This document shows positions 8,782 to 18,063 of a DNA stretch of 64,000 bases, in pieces; within the stretch, counting starts at the first letter, position 1, and each line of letters starts with the position of its first letter. Position numbers and translations under genes: made by a program. The notes beneath the pieces are model-generated. The model saw only the letters and a program-made list of their open reading frames with translations. It did not search any database and was not told the origin of the DNA. This stretch comes from a candidate division FCPU426 bacterium (lineage in GTDB: Bacteria > Oederibacteriota > Muellerivitia > Muellerivitales > Muellerivitaceae), in contig PLZG01000111.1 of NCBI GenBank assembly GCA_003152075.1, positions 22,677 through 86,676 of the forward strand, read 5' to 3'.

Positions 8782-9834
8782 TTAACCTGGTATAGCCTTG
8801 CGGATAAATTTCTCCATCGCCTGAAAAACTTGGGAAACGCTGAGCGCGTCCATGGTTTCGTGTTTCTTGCAGTAGCCCACCTGACAGCTGCTGCAATTGG
8901 GGTTTTCTGGGATTAAAACGTTAGCCTCATTTCCCCAGGGCCCCCACCGAACCGGGGTGGCCTCGGGCGCCGGTGAAAAAATCGAAACCGTGGGCGTGGC
9001 CACCGCGGCGGCCAAGTGCATGAGCCCGGTAGAACCGGAAAGGAAACAGATCGCGCCTTGGAGAACCGCCGCCAGCGGCTTCAAACCCAGTTCCCCCGTT
9101 ATCACCACTGGTTTCTGTTCCGCGGGCAGGGAAAAAAGATAGGCGGTTACCTGTGAAACCAATTCGCCCTCATGTGCCCCTCCGGTGATGACCATCCTCA
9201 AACCCTTAATCTGGCACAAGTGGCTCATCATCTGGGCGTACCTTTCAGGTTTCCAGTTTAAAACCGACTTTGGGCTTCCCGGATGCACGACCACATAGGG
9301 AGTTCCCGGGGCAATGCCCTTTTCCTTGAGGAAATCCAAGGCCAGCGCCTTATCCACCCCATTAATCGGAAATTCGATTTTTTTCGGAAATTGGCTGATG
9401 CCTAAAGGCCCTAACATTTCGAAATTGTATTCCACCTCGGGCCGGTCGCAGACCATCCGGTTCACCTTGACCGTGTGAGTTTGGAAAAGGCTATGCCAAC
9501 GCTCGGCGGGCCCAATACGGGTCGGAATTTTGGCCAGCCAAGCCGCCAACACCAACCGGGACCTGGGGAAAAGGGTAATGAATGTGTCGGCGTTTAGCTT
9601 TCGAAGCCGGCCGGCCAGTTTGAAGATTCCCTCTTCCTTTTCCACCAGCTCAATGGCGTCAATGGCGGGGTGCCCCTGGGCCATGGCCTTTGCGGAAGGG
9701 TGGATTAGGGCCGTTAAGCGGGCCTGGGGAAAAGCCGCCCGAAGAGTTTGAAATACCGGCAGGGCCAACAGGACGTCCCCCGGAGCTTCGGTACAAGCGA
9801 CGATGATATGCTGGGGGTTCGGGGGTGGATTCAC
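8782..9834 (-). CDS. Glycosyltransferase family 9 (heptosyltransferase-like)
   Basis: GDVLLALPVFQTL N-terminus, VVVHPGS..W and GSTGLMHLAAAVATPTVSIFSP motifs. The ORF is open to a TTG at 9903, but the GTG at 9834 has a GGAG 8 nt upstream and gives the usual short N-terminus. Confidence 0.7.
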   Translation of the reverse strand: MNPPPNPQHIIVACTEAPGDVLLALPVFQTLRAAFPQARLTALIHPSAKAMAQGHPAIDAIELVEKEEGIFKLAGRLRKLNADTFITLFPRSRLVLAAWLAKIPTRIGPAERWHSLFQTHTVKVNRMVCDRPEVEYNFEMLGPLGISQFPKKIEFPINGVDKALALDFLKEKGIAPGTPYVVVHPGSPKSVLNWKPERYAQMMSHLCQIKGLRMVITGGAHEGELVSQVTAYLFSLPAEQKPVVITGELGLKPLAAVLQGAICFLSGSTGLMHLAAAVATPTVSIFSPAPEATPVRWGPWGNEANVLIPENPNCSSCQVGYCKKHETMDALSVSQVFQAMEKFIRKAIPG

Positions 9835-10017
9835 GCTGGTTTCTCCATGGTGGTTCGTGGATTTAAAGAAGGACAAGATACAGAAGCGTTCCCTTGACGG
9901 CAAGGGGCGCGCCCATTCCCCCTAAAAACCATTTGGGCGCAACCCTTCCCGATACAAAATCGTCAAAATAACGAATATTCACAAACAGGGATATAATAAA
10001 GGTTATGGGAGATTGTC

Positions 10018-10347
10018 ATGCGCTGGAGAAAAAAAATATACCACGGTCCCCGTATTGGGGATCTTCGCGTCCGCAAGCATTTCGCCTTCTTCCCGGTAAA
10101 AATCGGGGTCTTCACGGTTTGGTTTGAGTTTTTTTACCAAGTGGAAAAATGCTGGCACGTTCACGGCGGATTCGCGGGAGCCAGGTGGATGGGGGAATAT
10201 ACTTCCTTCGACCTTCAATCCTCGGTCAATTACGTTTTATCCAACTACGAGACTTATAAATACGTCCGCACCCTGCGGCTATACCGGGATCCTTCCAGCG
10301 TTTACGGCCAAAGCCCCTGGTACCAAAATAAAAACTTTATCGAATGA
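10018..10347 (+). CDS. Orphan hypothetical protein in a locally AT-richer patch
   Basis: 109-aa ORF with GGGAG 7 nt upstream of the ATG. No family recognised. Confidence 0.35.
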   Translation: MRWRKKIYHGPRIGDLRVRKHFAFFPVKIGVFTVWFEFFYQVEKCWHVHGGFAGARWMGEYTSFDLQSSVNYVLSNYETYKYVRTLRLYRDPSSVYGQSPWYQNKNFIE

Positions 10348-10417
10348 TTTTTAGCCGTTTCATCGTAATTCCACTTGACCAGGCGCAGGTATCCTTCGAA
10401 CAAGCTTCCGAAAAAAA

Positions 10418-10530
10418 TTAATGGCCCACTAAAAACTTTCCCCGTCCCAGGACATTGGTTCCACTTTGAATGACGTAATAATAAATTCCCGTTGCGACCT
10501 AAGCGATCAACTTTTGGCCAAGCTGGTGGC
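10418..10530 (-). pseudogene. Relic of a C-terminal sorting domain (CTD), about 40 codons with a frameshift and a stop
   Basis: The reverse strand reads ..AWPKVDRLGR / VATGIYYYVIQSGTNVLGRGKFLVGH*. This closely matches ..AQWKGINTQGRPVSAGIYYYVIQNGINVLGRGKFLISR* at 12072..; the last ~70 nt are about 85% identical by eye. Confidence 0.65.
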
Positions 10531-11841
10531 TTACCTTACCAAAAGTATTCTTTTAATTTTTCGATTAAAGGGCTCGATCAAGTAAAAAATATAAACCCCG
10601 CTGGCGCAGGCGTCCCCGTTTTTGTTGGTCCCGTCCCAGGTATAGGTTTGGTTCACGGGCGCGTTTAGCCTTTTCGCGTCCAAAGTCTTGATGTGTTCCC
10701 CCGCCGTATTGTAAATCCGCAGGCTGTATTCCCCCGGATACTGGTTGTAAGCCACGGTGATGGAAACGGCCTTGTCGCTGGTGGGACTAAACATGTTTTT
10801 GTCCGCGTAAAAGACGTCCACCGGAACGGGCGTATAGGTCACGGTCGGGGTAACCGTGGGGCTATTGGTTGGAGTGAAAGTGATTGTGGGCGTGTTGGTG
10901 ATGGTTGGGGTTGACGTAGGGGTGAAGGTTGGAGTCACCGTAGGGGAATGGGTGGGAGAGATCGTATTCGTGTTGGTAGGGGAAAGGGTCGGGGAATTAT
11001 TGGGCGTAAGGGTGGGAGTCTGGGTGGGCGTGCTGGTCGCCGTATTGGTCGACGGCAGGGTTCCCGTGTTGGTGGGGGAAAGGGTCGGGGAATAGGTGGG
11101 CGTAAGGGTGGGGGTCTGGGTGAGCGTGTTGGTCGCCGTATTGGTCGGCGGCAGGGTTCCCGTGTTGGTGGGCGTGGGAGTGGGTGTGGGCAAACCTGAG
11201 GTCGTGCAGAGATTCAGGGCTTCCGAAACGTGCCCGTCTCCGCCATTATCCCCGCAACAGCAAGTGAGAAGATCATCGATGACGATGGAAATGTTCGAGG
11301 TGGTGGCCGTGAAGGTTAAAAGGTTCGAGGCGGGGTTGGCGATCAGGTAATTAATCGCGGCCGCGGTGGTCGTAAAAATGTAATTCCCGAAAAAACTAAG
11401 GGGAACGGCTTGAAAACAATTAAGGCCGCAACCCGACGCGAAATTGGTCCACATCTCATTGGCGCTTCCCGCTCCCACCGTTCCAATCAAGGCTGCGTCG
11501 CTGGCGCTGGGTTGGGAAAACCCGTAAACCCTCACTTTCGTCCCCATAAAGGATACCCCGACATTGTTAATATCGTGCCCGTAACCAAAATAAACCGCGT
11601 TGTTGAGATTGGTGGTATCCACGGAAAGGGTGTAGGTTTGGCCCGGAATTACCGCGGCTTTGACTCCAGCCTGGGCGAAATTTTGGTCAATGGAGCCTGT
11701 ATTACCATAGCAGTTAGTCAGGGAGTTGACCGTGATGGGCACGCAAGTTTGGGCCTGACAGAGCGAAGTGAATAAGAACGAGGACAATAGGAAAAGGATG
11801 GGGGAAACAACAGGAGAAAACCTTGAATATTTCATATTCAT
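10531..11841 (-). CDS. Secreted protein: signal peptide, Cys-rich unknown N-domain, Pro/Thr linker, CTD (T9SS type-A / FlgD-Ig-like)
   Basis: Signal peptide ..FLFTSLCQA. TPTxT linker. C-terminus ..[31 protein letters not shown]. Confidence 0.8.
   Translation of the reverse strand: MNMKYSRFSPVVSPILFLLSSFLFTSLCQAQTCVPITVNSLTNCYGNTGSIDQNFAQAGVKAAVIPGQTYTLSVDTTNLNNAVYFGYGHDINNVGVSFMGTKVRVYGFSQPSASDAALIGTVGAGSANEMWTNFASGCGLNCFQAVPLSFFGNYIFTTTAAAINYLIANPASNLLTFTATTSNISIVIDDLLTCCCGDNGGDGHVSEALNLCTTSGLPTPTPTPTNTGTLPPTNTATNTLTQTPTLTPTYSPTLSPTNTGTLPSTNTATSTPTQTPTLTPNNSPTLSPTNTNTISPTHSPTVTPTFTPTSTPTITNTPTITFTPTNSPTVTPTVTYTPVPVDVFYADKNMFSPTSDKAVSITVAYNQYPGEYSLRIYNTAGEHIKTLDAKRLNAPVNQTYTWDGTNKNGDACASGVYIFYLIEPFNRKIKRILLVR
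10979..11170. repeat. Two tandem 96-bp units inside the linker of the 10531..11841 gene
   Basis: Units 10979..11074 and 11075..11170 differ at 7 positions by my alignment. They encode the duplicated block [27 protein letters not shown]. Confidence 0.85.
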
Positions 11842-12071
11842 ATAGTCTTTTTTTGATACGTCGATATATGAAGAAGTTTTTTTCTTTTTTATCCTGTTGG
11901 GTCGTTTGAGTTAACTATTTTGCCCGGTCCTTGGAGGTCTCAAGCCGGTTGAACGAAAAAACAAAGGAATACAACTGCCTCAACCGATAAAATCATCGCA
12001 GGAACCTTTACGGGTATTTCCTCCAGGACCTTGCCCCCGTGATTTCCCTCGCGGCCGTCGTCAACTATTAC

Positions 12072-14795
12072 TCAACGACTTATTAAAAATTTCCCCCGTC
12101 CCAGGACATTGATCCCATTTTGGATGACGTAATAATAAATGCCCGCCGAGACAGGTCGGCCTTGGGTGTTGATCCCTTTCCACTGGGCCATTCCCCCTAC
12201 CTCATTAGCCTGATTCACCAGTTCCCCGGAAAGGGTATAAAAATTTACGGTTGAACCCGTCGGCAGGCAGCTGATCTTGAGGGAGTTATTAAAAGCGTAT
12301 TGGGGATTGAAGGGATTGGGCCAAACGTGTGTTTCGCAGGTTGGGGTATAAGTAAATGTGGGAGTGAAGGTTGGGGTGATAGTAGCTGTCACCGTGGGGG
12401 TGCCGGTCGGGCTATTTGTAGGGCTCACCGTAGCGGTGGAGGTTGGGGTCAAGGTGGGCGTTATGGTGGGGGTATTGGTAATAGTAGATGTTGGAGTCGA
12501 GCTGGGGGTTGGGGTGGGAGTGTCCACTACCATAACGAATTTCGAAACATACATATATTCTTTCGCGGGGCCGGAGGTAGGTTCATAAACCCCGGCGGTG
12601 ATGGGAAAGTCCGTGGCATAGGTGGAACCCGCCACGTAAAGGGCCCCCGAACCATCCAAGGCGACCTTTGACCCTTCATCCTCGAGATCATAAAGACCAA
12701 TCCCGCCCCAATAGGTGGAATAGAACAACCCCCCCGTTGGACTGAATAAGGACCAAAAGGTGCAATTCAAAGCGGTACCCATGGAGGTTTGAATAGCCCC
12801 GGGGGTAGTCGGAAAATTGCTGGATTGGACGGCTCCCGAAACATAAGTTTTTCCCAAGCCATCCAGCGCGATACCAAGCCCTTTATCCCCTGAAAATGAA
12901 GCGCCCGATCCTCCCAAAAAGGTGCTAAAAACTAAAGTCGTCCCTGTGGGATTTATTTTTGTGACAAAAGCATTTCCATAGGTCGTGCCGAGCGTGGGTT
13001 GATAAGCGCCGGGGGTGACTGGAAAATTAGATGAACAGGTCATCCCGGTTAAATAAGCGTCACCGAAAGGGTCCACCGCGATAGCGAATCCATTATCCCC
13101 GTTACCCGAGGAATTTCCCGACCCCCCCAAATAGGTGCTATAAACCAAGGCCGTCCCCGTGGGGTTTAATTTCGTGACAAAGGCGTTGTAAATCCCCGCT
13201 AGGGTGGGCTGGAAAGCGCCGGGAGTCACTGGAAAATTTGACGAATAGGCAGTACCCGTAATATAAGCGTTGCCGGAGCCATCCACCGCGATGCCAGCGC
13301 TAATATCCCCACTCCCATTGGTGCCTCCCAAAAAGGTGCTATAGACCAGAGCCGTACCTGCGGGATTTAATTTTGTGACAAATGCGTTTCCAGTTGAAGT
13401 GCCCAGCGTGGATTGGAATGCGCCGGGAATCACGGGAAAATTAGCCGAAGTGGCCAGCCCAGTAATAAAAGCATTGCCTAGGGAATCCACCACGATTGCC
13501 TTTCCAATATCGTTAACGCGCCCTCCCAAATAGGTGCTATAGACCAAGGCGGTCCCCGTGGGGTTTAATTTCGTGACAAAAGCATTTTCCACACCACCGA
13601 ATGTGGATTGAAAAGCGCCCGGGGTCGTCGGAAAGTCGCTGGAAAAACTCTCCCCCGTCACAAACGCGTCGCCCGAAGTGTCTACCGTGACGGCATTAGG
13701 ACTATCCATATTGCTCCCACCCAGATAGGTGGTATAAATCAAGGCCGTTCCGGTTGGATTTAGTTTGAGGATTAATACATTTTCGAACCCTTTAGAAGCC
13801 GGTTGATAGGCCCCTGGGGTTGTGATAAATCCGGCTTGATAATATTCAACCAGGTAAGCGTCACCAGCGGGATCCACCGCCATCCCCATCATCTCGTTGT
13901 TAACGTTGGTCACATTCGCGCCCGCATAGGTGGAATAGGAAAGTGTGAAGGACGGGTCGATCACTAAAGTCTTGGTGGGGTCGTATCCTTCCACCTCAAA
14001 ACCCACCGTCCCTTCCCGGTTCCGGACAAACCTTCCGCCCAGCTCCTTCTTCCCGGACCCATCCTCCTGAAAAAGAATTGGGGCTTTGAAGCCCAAGCGA
14101 GTGTCCTTCAAGCGGATATCCAAATCCTTATCCTGGTCCAATTCCAAGCTTTTCATGCCCTCGAACTTAATTTGGATATCCTTGGGGTTCCCCCCCGGCT
14201 TCACCACGAAGTCATATTCCAATTTTCCGTTGGTTCCGTAATAAACCAGGTCGATGTGGGGATAAACCTCCCTGAACTTCACCCTTGCGTATTGGGACAA
14301 ATTCGTATACCAACAGGAAGGGGCTTTCCCGATCAAATAATTACTTTTGCCCGGCAGTTCCTCCAGACCTTCGGCTTCACAGCGCGGATTGGCCCCCCTC
14401 AATTTCATCCAGAGGTATTCGGGTTTTGTCCACCCCCTGTTTTTCATGGCTTTTGACTTGGAATGATGAAGGGGTTTTTGAAAGCACCAAACAGCTTGGG
14501 TGGGGGTCAGGTAAAGGCTATAGCCGCGGCCCCGGGCCGTGAACCTTACGGAAGGGTCGGACTGGCCCTGGTTTTCCTCGAAGGCCATTGCCAACCGTCC
14601 ATAAGCTTTTTCCGCCCGTTCTTTCGAGAGAAGGGTTGAATCAGGTAAAGAACAACGCCGGTCCGAGAGGAACGGCCGGGGGCCGAAACCAAAGATGAGG
14701 GCCATAAAGATCAAGCCCAAAGGGTTGCGAGAAACCAATTTAAGAGTTTGTCTTCGGGGATGGTCATGTGGGTTCATTAAATATTTCCAGGCCAT
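12072..14795 (-). CDS. Secreted SBBP (beta-propeller repeat) protein with Pro/Thr linker and CTD
   Basis: About 9 repeats of GDAxxTGxTxSxxFPxTPGAxQ (SBBP repeat). C-terminus VWPNPFNP...SAGIYYYVIQ..GKFLISR. The ATG at 14795 gives MAWKYL.. plus a hydrophobic segment. The ORF is open to a TTG at 14867. Confidence 0.8.
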   Translation of the reverse strand: MAWKYLMNPHDHPRRQTLKLVSRNPLGLIFMALIFGFGPRPFLSDRRCSLPDSTLLSKERAEKAYGRLAMAFEENQGQSDPSVRFTARGRGYSLYLTPTQAVWCFQKPLHHSKSKAMKNRGWTKPEYLWMKLRGANPRCEAEGLEELPGKSNYLIGKAPSCWYTNLSQYARVKFREVYPHIDLVYYGTNGKLEYDFVVKPGGNPKDIQIKFEGMKSLELDQDKDLDIRLKDTRLGFKAPILFQEDGSGKKELGGRFVRNREGTVGFEVEGYDPTKTLVIDPSFTLSYSTYAGANVTNVNNEMMGMAVDPAGDAYLVEYYQAGFITTPGAYQPASKGFENVLILKLNPTGTALIYTTYLGGSNMDSPNAVTVDTSGDAFVTGESFSSDFPTTPGAFQSTFGGVENAFVTKLNPTGTALVYSTYLGGRVNDIGKAIVVDSLGNAFITGLATSANFPVIPGAFQSTLGTSTGNAFVTKLNPAGTALVYSTFLGGTNGSGDISAGIAVDGSGNAYITGTAYSSNFPVTPGAFQPTLAGIYNAFVTKLNPTGTALVYSTYLGGSGNSSGNGDNGFAIAVDPFGDAYLTGMTCSSNFPVTPGAYQPTLGTTYGNAFVTKINPTGTTLVFSTFLGGSGASFSGDKGLGIALDGLGKTYVSGAVQSSNFPTTPGAIQTSMGTALNCTFWSLFSPTGGLFYSTYWGGIGLYDLEDEGSKVALDGSGALYVAGSTYATDFPITAGVYEPTSGPAKEYMYVSKFVMVVDTPTPTPSSTPTSTITNTPTITPTLTPTSTATVSPTNSPTGTPTVTATITPTFTPTFTYTPTCETHVWPNPFNPQYAFNNSLKISCLPTGSTVNFYTLSGELVNQANEVGGMAQWKGINTQGRPVSAGIYYYVIQNGINVLGRGKFLISR

Positions 14796-14820
14796 ATTTA
14801 CTTCAATAATTATTAAAGGG

Positions 14821-14829
14821 ATTATACCA
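14821..14829 (-). promoter_or_regulatory. Candidate extended -10 promoter (TGGTATAAT) for the SBBP gene
   Basis: The minus strand reads CTGGTATAATCCC about 26 nt upstream of the ATG at 14795. No good -35 element. Confidence 0.3.
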
Positions 14830-14922
14830 GTTTTCGCCAGCCCCTCAGCAGACGTCACCCCCGTCAATTCCTCTGTCTGCTTTCCTGTGCCTTCTTGCCT
14901 TGTTGAGCCTTAAAATAACCCC

Positions 14923-16971
14923 ATGACCCACTTCGGCGATTTTCTCCAGGACCTGGCCCTGGTGATGTGCGTGGCCGCCATCACCACTGTTATTTTTCAT
15001 TGGCTCAAGCAGCCTACCGTCCTGGGTTACCTACTGGCGGGTCTCATTCTCGGCCCCCACGTACCCCTTCCACTTTTCGCCCATGAAGACACCGTGAGGA
15101 CCATGTCCGAGCTGGGCGTCATTCTGGTCATGTTTTCCATCGGGCTGGAATTCAGTATCGAAAAATTTATTAAGGTTCTTCCCACCGCCGGCTTGACCAA
15201 CTTAATCGAGCTTTCCCTCATGACCTGGTTGGGTTACACCGCGGGGCGCCTGATGGGCTGGACCAGTTTGGAATCCCTTTTCACGGGCGCCATCGTTTCC
15301 CTGGCCAGCACCATGATCGCCTCCAAGGCCCTCACCGACCGGCGTACCGATCCCCAATTGATGCGGGTCATCATCGGCATCCTGGTCGTACAGGACATGG
15401 CGTCGGTTTTATTAGTGGCGGTCCTAACACCCCTGGCGGAGGGGGTCCACCTTTCCTTCATGGGCCTGACGATGACCGCCGGAAACCTGCTGGGATTCCT
15501 CGGGCTCCTTTTCGGCCTGGGCTACCTCATCATCCCCCGCGTCATAAGGGCAGTCGTTGCCTTGCGGAGCCCCGAAACCCTGCTGGTGACAACCGTGGGC
15601 CTTTGCTTCGCCATGGCCTTACTGGCCCAAAAGGGCGGCTACTCGGTGGCCTTGGGCGCTTTCCTGGCTGGCATGCTGGTGGCCGAATCAGGCGCCACCG
15701 CCACCATCGACCGGCTGATTCATCCTTTAAGGGATATGTTCGCGGCGGTATTTTTCGTGTCCGTGGGCATGTTGGTGGACCCGGCGGTATTGCTCAACCA
15801 CTGGGGAGCCGTGCTGATCTTGAGTTTCCTGGTGATCGCCGGCCAAACTCTCACCGTGTCCGTGGGAACCTTCTTGAGCGGCCGGCCCTTGAAAACCGCG
15901 CTGCAGTCCGCCATGGCCCTCACGCAGATCGGTGAATTTTCCTTTATCATTGCCCAGATCGGGGTTTCCCACGGGGCTATCGGGGGCTTCCTATATGACG
16001 TCACCGTGGCCGTATCCGTGGTGACGGCCTTCACCACCCCCCTCCTTCTGAAAGCCTCCGAACCCTTCTCACGCTTCGTGGACAGCCACCTGCCCAAGCC
16101 CCTGCAAACTTTCACCGCCCTCTATGGTTCCTGGCTGGAGGGACTGAGGATGGGAAAACAGGAGGAAACCGTTTGGCGCCGTTCCCGCCGCCAGGTACTT
16201 TTAATCATCCTGGACGCCTTTTGTCTCGCCGCCATCATCATTACCACCGCGGCCACGCTTAAGCGGTGGCTTCCCCAGTTGGAAAACCAACTTCATCTAC
16301 CATCCGTTGGCGGCAAAGCCCTTTTGATCGGCGCCGGCCTGGCCTTGTCCGTTCCCTTCTTCCTGGGAATTATTCGTGGGGCGAAAACTCTGGGAAGCCT
16401 CATCGCTTCCGCCGCCATCCGGCCAGGAAAGGATGGCCAGGTGGACTTGGGATTGGCCCCCCGCCGGGCGCTTACCCTTGCCCTTCAATTGGGCGTCTTA
16501 TTCGCCATCGGCTTTCCCCTTTTGGCCTTTACCCAACCCTTCCTGCCCTTTGGTTACAGCCCCGTCGTTTTCGCGGTCTTGCTCACCCTCTTGGGGGTGG
16601 TGTTTTGGAAAAGCACGGTGGACCTCCAAGGCCACCTCCAGGCCGGCGCCCAAATGGTAGCCGAGGCCTTGTCCTCCCACGCGCCCAAAAACCAGGAAGT
16701 TCTCCTGGAAGAAATCAACAGCGTGGTGCCAGGTATCGGGGCGCCTTCTTCTATCGTCATCCAGCCGGGTAGCCCCGCGGCGGGCAAAACCTTGGCCGAG
16801 CTCAACTTAAGAAGCCTAACCGGAGCCAGCGTGATAGCCCTCACGCGTGGCGGGGACCGCCATTTGATGCCAGCCGGCAAGGAATTGGTACAGGCGGGTG
16901 ATACACTGGTTTTGGTGGGAACCCAGGAAGCCGTGGGAATGGCCAAAGACCTTTTGCGAGTTGCCCATTGA
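14923..16971 (+). CDS. CPA2-family monovalent cation:proton antiporter with a C-terminal RCK_C (TrkA-C) domain
   Basis: 682 aa. N-terminus LGYLLAGLILGPH..ELGVILVMFSIGLEFS. C-terminus ..GKTLAELNLRSLTGASVIALTRGG...GDTLVLVG. Confidence 0.85.
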   Translation: MTHFGDFLQDLALVMCVAAITTVIFHWLKQPTVLGYLLAGLILGPHVPLPLFAHEDTVRTMSELGVILVMFSIGLEFSIEKFIKVLPTAGLTNLIELSLMTWLGYTAGRLMGWTSLESLFTGAIVSLASTMIASKALTDRRTDPQLMRVIIGILVVQDMASVLLVAVLTPLAEGVHLSFMGLTMTAGNLLGFLGLLFGLGYLIIPRVIRAVVALRSPETLLVTTVGLCFAMALLAQKGGYSVALGAFLAGMLVAESGATATIDRLIHPLRDMFAAVFFVSVGMLVDPAVLLNHWGAVLILSFLVIAGQTLTVSVGTFLSGRPLKTALQSAMALTQIGEFSFIIAQIGVSHGAIGGFLYDVTVAVSVVTAFTTPLLLKASEPFSRFVDSHLPKPLQTFTALYGSWLEGLRMGKQEETVWRRSRRQVLLIILDAFCLAAIIITTAATLKRWLPQLENQLHLPSVGGKALLIGAGLALSVPFFLGIIRGAKTLGSLIASAAIRPGKDGQVDLGLAPRRALTLALQLGVLFAIGFPLLAFTQPFLPFGYSPVVFAVLLTLLGVVFWKSTVDLQGHLQAGAQMVAEALSSHAPKNQEVLLEEINSVVPGIGAPSSIVIQPGSPAAGKTLAELNLRSLTGASVIALTRGGDRHLMPAGKELVQAGDTLVLVGTQEAVGMAKDLLRVAH

Positions 16972-16987
16972 AAAGGAGAAACTAACC

Positions 16988-17155
16988 ATGAAACGAAACC
17001 CGTTAAGAAACCAAAGAGGCTGGGGCCTGATGGATGTTATTTTCTGGGTCGTGATCATCGCGGTTGGGTACTGGGTGTATCAACAATATATCCTTCACCC
17101 TGAGGGCCTTAACCCAAGGGGCGCTACCCATAGCCAGTATGAGGACAAAAAATAG
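16988..17155 (+). CDS. Small single-pass membrane protein (55 aa)
   Basis: AAGGAG 7 nt upstream of the ATG. MKRNPLRNQRGWGLMDVIFWVVIIAVGYWVY.. It lies 17 nt after the antiporter stop. Confidence 0.4.
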   Translation: MKRNPLRNQRGWGLMDVIFWVVIIAVGYWVYQQYILHPEGLNPRGATHSQYEDKK

Positions 17156-17167
17156 TCCGGCACCGGC

Positions 17168-17641
17168 TTAACTGTCCTGGTTCATTTTCTTTTCAGCGTC
17201 CTTCAATTTCATTTTCGCTTCCGCGTTATCCGGTTCCAGTTTCAAAATATTCCGGTAAACTTTAGCGGCTTCTAGGTGAAGGCCCTGGCGGGTGTAAATA
17301 TCCGCGACCGCGATGGACATGAATCCCCTCCCCAAAGTACTGGTCAGCGTCTCCAATTCTTTTTTCGAAAGCGCGTCCAGGCTTGTGGCTCGGGAGTTGG
17401 GAGTTGGGAGTTGGGGGGAAAGCGTTCCGGCCAATTCCAGGTCGGCGAAGGAAGCCGCGAAAGCGATGACTGCCCTTACCCCTTCGGGAGTCATTCCTGG
17501 ATAGGTCTTGACGATGTTTTCAATTGTATCTCCTAAGGCCAAGTGCCCAAGGACCGCCTTCAAGGTGATTTGGGTGCCCTTAATGACCGGCTGCCCGTCG
17601 CATATTTTCGGATCACGGATAATCCAATCTTTGTAATTCAT
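17168..17641 (-). CDS. DUF433 domain protein fused to a C-terminal TPR-like segment
   Basis: MNYKDWIIRDPKICDGQPVIKGTQITL (DUF433 signature). C-terminus ..EAAKVYRNILKLEPDNAEAKMKL. GGAGG 7 nt upstream of the ATG at 17641. Confidence 0.7.
   Translation of the reverse strand: MNYKDWIIRDPKICDGQPVIKGTQITLKAVLGHLALGDTIENIVKTYPGMTPEGVRAVIAFAASFADLELAGTLSPQLPTPNSRATSLDALSKKELETLTSTLGRGFMSIAVADIYTRQGLHLEAAKVYRNILKLEPDNAEAKMKLKDAEKKMNQDS
17392..17412. repeat. Heptanucleotide tandem repeat (GGGAGTT)x3 inside the DUF433-TPR gene
   Basis: Three perfect copies read directly, followed by GGGGGGA. They encode the PQLPTPNS interdomain linker. Confidence 0.9.
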
Positions 17642-17808
17642 CAATGCCTCCCCACGTTGGACTTGAACCAATGTTCCGCGCCTATTCCAAGAACGATTTT
17701 AATCCTGTCTTGCCACATTCTTTGACGAATTAAATCCCTGGATTCGCCTTCAAAAACCATAGGTTTTAGGAATTCCACTTGAAAACCAAGATCAACCTAA
17801 TCAAGATA

Positions 17809-18056
17809 CTCCGCTTATATGGCCGAGTTGCCCTGTGGTTATGCGGAAACGCGACCGACAGGACAAACGGGGGACCCAAGACGTTTGGGGCTAACACCAT
17901 CCAGGTTTTTGTAGTTGTCATTCTGAATCCGATTTTCGGGTGAAGGATCTATGTTTAAAACATAAATCCTTCACTTCGTTCAGGATGACAGATGAAACCG
18001 ATGGGGCGGCGAGCCATTCGCGCCGAGCCCGACAGCTAACCTCGTAGGCTTCGGAG
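17809..18056 (+). promoter_or_regulatory. c-di-AMP riboswitch (ydaO-yuaA class, Rfam RF00379-like)
   Basis: ACGGGGGACCCA (17867..17878), TGGGGCTAAC (17886..) and GCCGAGCCCGACAGCTAACCTCGTAGGC (18022..18049) match the conserved cores as I remember them. The closing helix pairs CTCCGCTTAT with GTAGGC..CGGAG. Confidence 0.75.
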
Positions 18057-18063
18057 GCTTCAC

